Part shown: positions 62,810 through 64,000 of the stretch, piece by piece
How the letters are laid out: each line of letters opens with the position of its first letter
Numbering within the stretch: the stretch's first letter is position 1
Source: Polyangia bacterium
Lineage (GTDB): Bacteria; Myxococcota_A; Polyangia; JAAYKL01
Assembly: GCA_046484285.1 (NCBI GenBank)
Contig: JAWOBP010000156.1
Span: 2,518-66,517, forward strand
Length of the DNA stretch: 64,000 bases
Direction of reading: 5' to 3'
Position numbers and translations under genes: made by a program
Notes under the pieces: generated by a model
What the model was told of the DNA's origin: nothing
Database searches by the model: none
What the model saw: only the letters and a program-made list of their open reading frames with translations

Positions 62810-64000
62810 ATGCGCAACAAGCTGACTTTCGCGGCGATCGTCGCGACGCTCCTGCTCTCGGCCCGCCCGACTGGCGCCTGCACCTCGATCGTGGTGGGCA
62901 AGGACGCCTCGACCGACGGATCGGTGATCACCACCCACACGGTCGACAGCCACCGCACCAGCACCGACGTGCAGGTCGTGCCGCACGAGAAGCACGCGCC
63001 GGGAGAGACGATCCGGCTGACCAGGCGCAAGGAGGACGACTCCGGTCCGATGCAGCGCTACGGCCGCGAGCCGGTCGGCGAGATACCGCAGGTGCGCGAG
63101 ACGTACGGCTACCTCTCGCCGGCCTACGCGCCGATGAACGAGCACCAGCTGGCGATCGGCGAGTCGACCTTCGGCGGCCGCGAGGAGCTGCGCTCCGAAA
63201 AGGGCCTGCTCGACTGCGAGACCACGCAGCGCCTGATGATGGAGCGCGCCGCCACCGCGCGCGAGGCGATCGAGATCGGCGGCGCGCTGATCGAGAAGCA
63301 CGGCTGGAACGACGAGGGCGAGGCGCTGACCATCGTCGACCCCGATGAGGCCTGGGTGATGGAGATCGTGGGACCGGGCGAGGGCGAGGTCGGCGCGATC
63401 TGGATCGCCCGGCGCGTGCCCGACGACCACGTCAGCGTCGAGGCCAACGCCTCGCGGATCTGCGAGGTCGACCTGGACGACAGCGAGCGCTTCATGGCCT
63501 CGAAGAACGTGATCTCGGCCGCGGAAAAGAAGGGTTACTGGAATTCCGACGGCGGTGATCCGTTCGAGTTCTGCTGGGCCTACGCTCCCGAGGGACGGAC
63601 CGGCTTCGTCGCCTCGCGGCGCGAGTGGCGGGTCTTCGATCTGCTGGCGCCGTCGCTCGAGCTGGATCCCGACCGCAACGTGTTTCCCTTCTCGATCAAA
63701 CCGGACGAGAAGGTCTCGGTGGAGCGCGTCATGGAGATCCTGCGCGACACCTACGAGGGTACGCCGTTCGACATGACCGCCGAGTTCACGGTCACCGACG
63801 AGGAGACCGGCAAGACGGTCAAGAGCCCGCTGGCCAACCCGTTCATGCCGTACGACGCCAACAAGCTGTTCGATATCAACGGCGGCTGGGGCTGGCGCGG
63901 AGAGCGCACGATCGCTCGCTGGTACACGATGTATGCCACGATCACCCAGTCCCGCTCCTGGCTGCCCGACCCGGTCGGCGGAATCGTCTGGTTCGGCTAC
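62810..64000 (+). CDS. peptidase C69-family dipeptidase (Ntn hydrolase), 3' partial
   Basis: Signal peptide MRNKLTFAAIVATLLLSARPTGA followed directly by nucleophile Cys in CTSIVVGKDASTDGS; open to window end (397 codons). Confidence 0.7.
   Translation, partial: MRNKLTFAAIVATLLLSARPTGACTSIVVGKDASTDGSVITTHTVDSHRTSTDVQVVPHEKHAPGETIRLTRRKEDDSGPMQRYGREPVGEIPQVRETYGYLSPAYAPMNEHQLAIGESTFGGREELRSEKGLLDCETTQRLMMERAATAREAIEIGGALIEKHGWNDEGEALTIVDPDEAWVMEIVGPGEGEVGAIWIARRVPDDHVSVEANASRICEVDLDDSERFMASKNVISAAEKKGYWNSDGGDPFEFCWAYAPEGRTGFVASRREWRVFDLLAPSLELDPDRNVFPFSIKPDEKVSVERVMEILRDTYEGTPFDMTAEFTVTDEETGKTVKSPLANPFMPYDANKLFDINGGWGWRGERTIARWYTMYATITQSRSWLPDPVGGIVWFGY

Overview
This is a 64-kb, roughly 70 % GC chromosomal segment. 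Gene content points to a myxobacterium-like (Myxococcota) organism: a Ser/Thr kinase with a PEGA-like tail, three PilZ proteins, a Myxococcales-type Cys-rich repeat lipoprotein, many TPR and sulfatase-like lipoproteins, mevalonate-pathway kinases and an orphan FliI/YscN-like ATPase. I annotate about 60 CDS and two tRNAs (Ala-CGC, Cys-GCA, both on the minus strand). Housekeeping blocks include dnaX-ybaB-recR, lpxK, an EF-G paralog, groES without groEL, carbamate kinase and a stand-alone trpB2. The accessory signals cluster at 24.4-26 kb and 37.9-39 kb. They comprise two VapC/PIN toxin-antitoxin modules, a degraded third PIN remnant at 42.8 kb, and two 100 % identical inverted copies of a 165-bp IS630-type MITE-like element, each next to a TA module. 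One VapBC cassette is bounded by 50-bp direct repeats that abut the stop codon of one gene and the start codon of the next. The most striking non-coding signal is a trpL-like leader peptide with tandem Trp codons plus an intrinsic terminator immediately upstream of trpB2. Other points are three lipoproteins tethered by (Asp-Ser/Ala/Thr)n linkers encoded by near-perfect 12-bp tandem repeats, an 18-blade-like repeat lipoprotein, an operon pairing an N-terminally truncated RlmN/Cfr-like radical SAM enzyme with a flavoprotein, isochorismatase-like hydrolase and amidase, and a partial mevalonate operon fused to PLP enzymes. The long Arg/Ala/Gly-rich ORFs in the six-frame track that overlap these genes in other frames are high-GC artefacts. 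Coordinates of features not anchored on the ORF track may be off by 1-2 nt.
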